A stretch of DNA of 64,000 nucleotides from Nitrospirota bacterium (lineage in GTDB: Bacteria > Nitrospirota > Nitrospiria > Nitrospirales > NS-4): assembly GCA_963788195.1 (NCBI GenBank), contig CAWBGA010000014.1:13724-77723 (forward strand), read 5' to 3'. Below the pieces are notes generated by a model that ran no database searches, was not told the origin of the DNA, and saw nothing but the letters and a program-made list of their open reading frames with translations. Within the stretch, counting starts at the first letter, position 1; every line of letters begins with the position of its first letter. Positions 61,117-64,000 of this stretch are shown piece by piece. Made by a program: the position numbers and the translations under genes.

Positions 61117-61293
61117 GAAGTCCAAGTCCGCGACGTCGAGGACGACGTCACGGCCTACCCTTCTCCTTCTCCTTCCAGATGGAATGAGCCTACTCCTTCC
61201 CGGTGGAACGAGTCAGGGGAGGATCAGGAGGATCAACGGGGGCAATCGTACCCGCAGGGCTCTTATCAGCCGTAAGGGTGCGGACGCGGTTGT

Positions 61294-62220
61294 GTGATCG
61301 TCATTGACGCGAAGGCCATTTGGGCGCTGCTCCGGGATGCTTTCTACGCCTGGATGGATGATAAAGCCCCGGCCATGGGCGCCGCTCTCGCCTACTACAC
61401 AGTCTTTGCGCTGGCGCCCCTGCTGATTATCGTCATTGCGATCGCCGGGCTTGTCTTCGGACAGGAGGCAGCTCAAGGACATATCCTGAGCCAGGTATCG
61501 GGACTCATCGGGGAAGAGGGCGGAAGGGCCGTTCAGGCCATGCTTGAAAGCGCCCGTCAACCCGGCCCCGGCATTGTGGCGGGTGGAATTGGGCTAATCC
61601 TGCTGATTATTGCCTCGACCGGAGTGTTTGTTCAACTTCAGGAATCGCTCGATACCATATGGCGCGTCGTCGCGAAACCCGGACGCGGCATTTTGGGGAT
61701 TCTCAGAGATCGACTCTTGTCCTTCCTCATGGTGATCGTCGCCGGCTTTCTCCTGTTGGTGTCTTTGGTGCTGAGCGCTGCTCTGGCGGCGCTGGGAAAA
61801 TTTTTCAGTTATCTTCTCCCCGTGCCGGAAGCCGTCCTGCAAGGGGTCAACTTTCTCGTGTCGTTTGCCGTGATCACCCTGCTCTTCGCCATGATCTACA
61901 AGATTCTTCCCGACGCAAAAATTTCCTGGAGCGATGTATGGATCGGCGCGGCCGTGACCTCGCTTCTTTTTTCACTCGGGAAGTTCATGATCGGGCTCTA
62001 TCTCGGCAAAAGCAGTGTGGGCTCGGCGTATGGCGCAGCAGGTTCCCTGGTGATCATCTTGGTATGGGTCTACTACTCCGCCCAGATCCTGTTGTACGGA
62101 GCGGAGTTTACCTCCGTCTATGCCATTAAATATGGATCGCGGATCGTCCCGACCGAGAATGCGGTTTTTCTAAACGAGGCCATCGCAACGGATCCGAAGT
62201 TGATCGCCGCGGATCTAGCC
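61294..62220 (+). CDS. YihY/virulence factor BrkB family membrane protein (3' end uncertain)
   Basis: GAALAYYTVFALAPLL, YGAAGSLVIILVWVYYSAQILLYGAE; the track ORF runs on to 62493 through the next gene. Confidence 0.85.
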
Positions 62221-62278
62221 AGTCAGAAAAGGATATGGCGAAACATGTATAATCACCGTAAACGAAAGGATACTGAGA

Positions 62279-62430
62279 ATGTTGTGGACCATTTTTGTGA
62301 TTCTTTTGGTGCTGTGGGCCCTGGGCCTGGTCAGTCCTACACGCTGGGAGGCTTTATTCATGTCCTGTTGGTGGTCGCTGTGGTCATACTGGTGTTGAAT
62401 CTAATCCAGGGCCGGCGAACGGTATATTCT
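62279..62430 (+). CDS. lmo0937-family small membrane protein; frameshifted near 62336
   Basis: MLWTIFVILLVLWALGLVS + SYTLGGFIHVLLVVAVVILVLNLIQGRR in two frames; RBS AAGGA; 3' end uncertain. Confidence 0.75.
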
Positions 62431-62459
62431 TTGCAGGTTGAAAATCAAGGCTTCGTGAA

Positions 62460-62837
62460 ATGCTCGTGCTCATGGGCGGCTCAATCCTCATAGCGCTTCT
62501 GCTCTGGGGGCCTGTCCTTGCTCAGGAAGCCCCCCCGGTTCCCGGCTTCTTCGACGAAATAATTCGTCAAATGAAGTTCGAGCAGCCGACGCGAATCGTC
62601 GGGCGATTTCGATCCCTGGACGGGTATGAGGATGCTGTCTGGATCGACTGGACACATCTACATGACGGCACCGGCTGGCGGGTGGTCCGCAGCCAGGCGA
62701 TGTTCAAAGTTCTGCCGCGCGATGCCGGTATGATGGAATTCTTTCGTGCCCTGAAGCAGGGAACAAGCCTCCACATGACCGTTCAGCAAGATCAGGACGG
62801 GAACAGACGCATTCTTGAACTGGAAGATGGAACCTAA
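62460..62837 (+). CDS. Hypothetical exported protein
   Basis: Signal peptide (GPVLA-QE). Confidence 0.6.
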   Translation: MLVLMGGSILIALLLWGPVLAQEAPPVPGFFDEIIRQMKFEQPTRIVGRFRSLDGYEDAVWIDWTHLHDGTGWRVVRSQAMFKVLPRDAGMMEFFRALKQGTSLHMTVQQDQDGNRRILELEDGT

Positions 62838-63964
62838 CGGAGACGGTCTATCGCCTGGCTGAGGCCGTTACGGGTGAGGATCCCGACTATTTTTTCGCCG
62901 TCGGTCACGATGAGGCGGCCTCGATCTCCCTGCAACAGTTGCTCTATCGCGGTCGTGACGGGTTCTTGGCTCTGCACGGTGAGTTGAGGATCACGCGGGA
63001 CCATCACCTGGCTCACCGGGGTGCTGTCCCAGTTAACTTGAGGCACCGCTGTTAAGTCCTTGAGCGAGACCGTACCGATCAGGTGCCCATTTTCAACGAC
63101 CGGAAAACCTCCGAATCCATAGCGGGAGAAGTATTGGTTTACCGCTTTCTCCACGGTTTCAGTGCCCTCGAGCGTCACAACATCCTTCGTCATGATATCG
63201 CTAAGTCGTAGACCGGCCAACTTTTCCTGGAATGCGGCCTGCCGATGGCTGTTATTGGCCGCAAAATATAAAAACGCCCCAATCAAAAGCAGCCAAACGC
63301 CGTCGACGGCGGATCCCATCGACTGATATACCCCTGTGAGGATCAGCAGGATCGCAACCCCTTGGCCCGCCCGCGACGCGTACCGCGTCGCACGATGAAA
63401 ATTGCCGGTCCAGGCCCAAATCCCCGCTCGAAGCACTCTCCCCCCATCGAGCGGATATCCCGGCACTAAATTAAACAACGCAATCATTACATTCCATTGC
63501 TGAAGAAGAGTGGCGACGGCCACGATACCGGGGCGCATTCGGAAGAAAGCACCGAGCACGCCAAACCCGACGGCTAGCAGCACCGAAACAATGGGCCCTG
63601 CGATCGCGATCAAAAACTCCGCTCTCGGTGTCGGTGCTTCCCGCCGGATTTGCGCCATACCGCCGAAAATGAAGAGGGTAATCTGGGCGATCGGGATATG
63701 GTACCGCAGCGCCACCCAAGAGTGACCCAATTCGTGGACGACGACCGACGCGAACAAGAGCAGGGCCGCGCCAATGCCCATAAGCCAGTACTCCCAGCGG
63801 GCACCGGTCAGGACAAACGGGAAGTACTTTTCCGCCAGCCCGTACGTAATCCATGCGAAAACCACAAACCAAGAGATATGCACCTTCAAGGGGATGCCGA
63901 AGATTCGCCCGATCTGCCAGGACTGTCCTATCATCGTTGTTTCACCTGCTTGCCCATTCTCCAA
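62834..63964 (-). CDS. Site-2 protease (M50) with CBS domains
   Basis: HELGH, FIFGG, IAIAGP, FNLVPGYPLDGGR; CBS pair. Confidence 0.93.
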   Translation of the reverse strand: MENGQAGETTMIGQSWQIGRIFGIPLKVHISWFVVFAWITYGLAEKYFPFVLTGARWEYWLMGIGAALLLFASVVVHELGHSWVALRYHIPIAQITLFIFGGMAQIRREAPTPRAEFLIAIAGPIVSVLLAVGFGVLGAFFRMRPGIVAVATLLQQWNVMIALFNLVPGYPLDGGRVLRAGIWAWTGNFHRATRYASRAGQGVAILLILTGVYQSMGSAVDGVWLLLIGAFLYFAANNSHRQAAFQEKLAGLRLSDIMTKDVVTLEGTETVEKAVNQYFSRYGFGGFPVVENGHLIGTVSLKDLTAVPQVNWDSTPVSQVMVPRDPQLTVQSQEPVTTAIEQLLQGDRGRLIVTDGEKIVGILTRNGLSQAIDRLR

Positions 63965-64000
63965 GGTTAGTCTACACTACCTTGATGCCACTGCGAAGGA

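Noticed and set aside
62220..62493. YihY fused to an extra C-terminal membrane domain
   Set aside because: The tail is the frameshifted second half of a separate lmo0937-family gene with its own RBS and ATG at 62279; the fusion is likely an indel artefact.

Overview
Bacterial chromosomal window, moderately GC-rich. Gene content suggests a Nitrospira-like (Nitrospirota) genome, but this is inference only. Most of it is housekeeping and envelope genes: kup, gloA, rtcB, pepN, pdxB, aroE/aroK, rluE, dedA, thrH, mscL/mscS, rluD-lspA-ileS, nadA, TPP riboswitch-thiC-thi4, a TonB/PepSY/DUF4198 uptake operon, tRNA-Leu(GAG), queE, pepA and nagZ. Several conserved genes carry single-base indels, most likely read or assembly errors. 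The most unusual signals are non-coding: (1) a tandem array of three covarying structured repeats at 559-989; (2) a ~2.3 kb islet at the 3' end of tRNA-Leu built from GGGAAAA-hairpin-GGCGGGTGYARTG modules, bracketed by ~115 bp direct repeats, with small co-oriented ORFs between the repeat blocks; (3) an AT-rich methyltransferase gene flanked by a duplicated rluE 3' end; (4) rtcB bracketed by two 72-bp MITE/REP-like elements; (5) a putative Fur-controlled short terminated leader or sRNA ahead of the TonB operon. There is also a candidate protease-based conflict island (S8 peptidase-protealysin-emfourin under a sigma-54-type promoter, plus a STAND-like ATPase and an FGE-domain protein). No CRISPR array, integrase or transposase was found.
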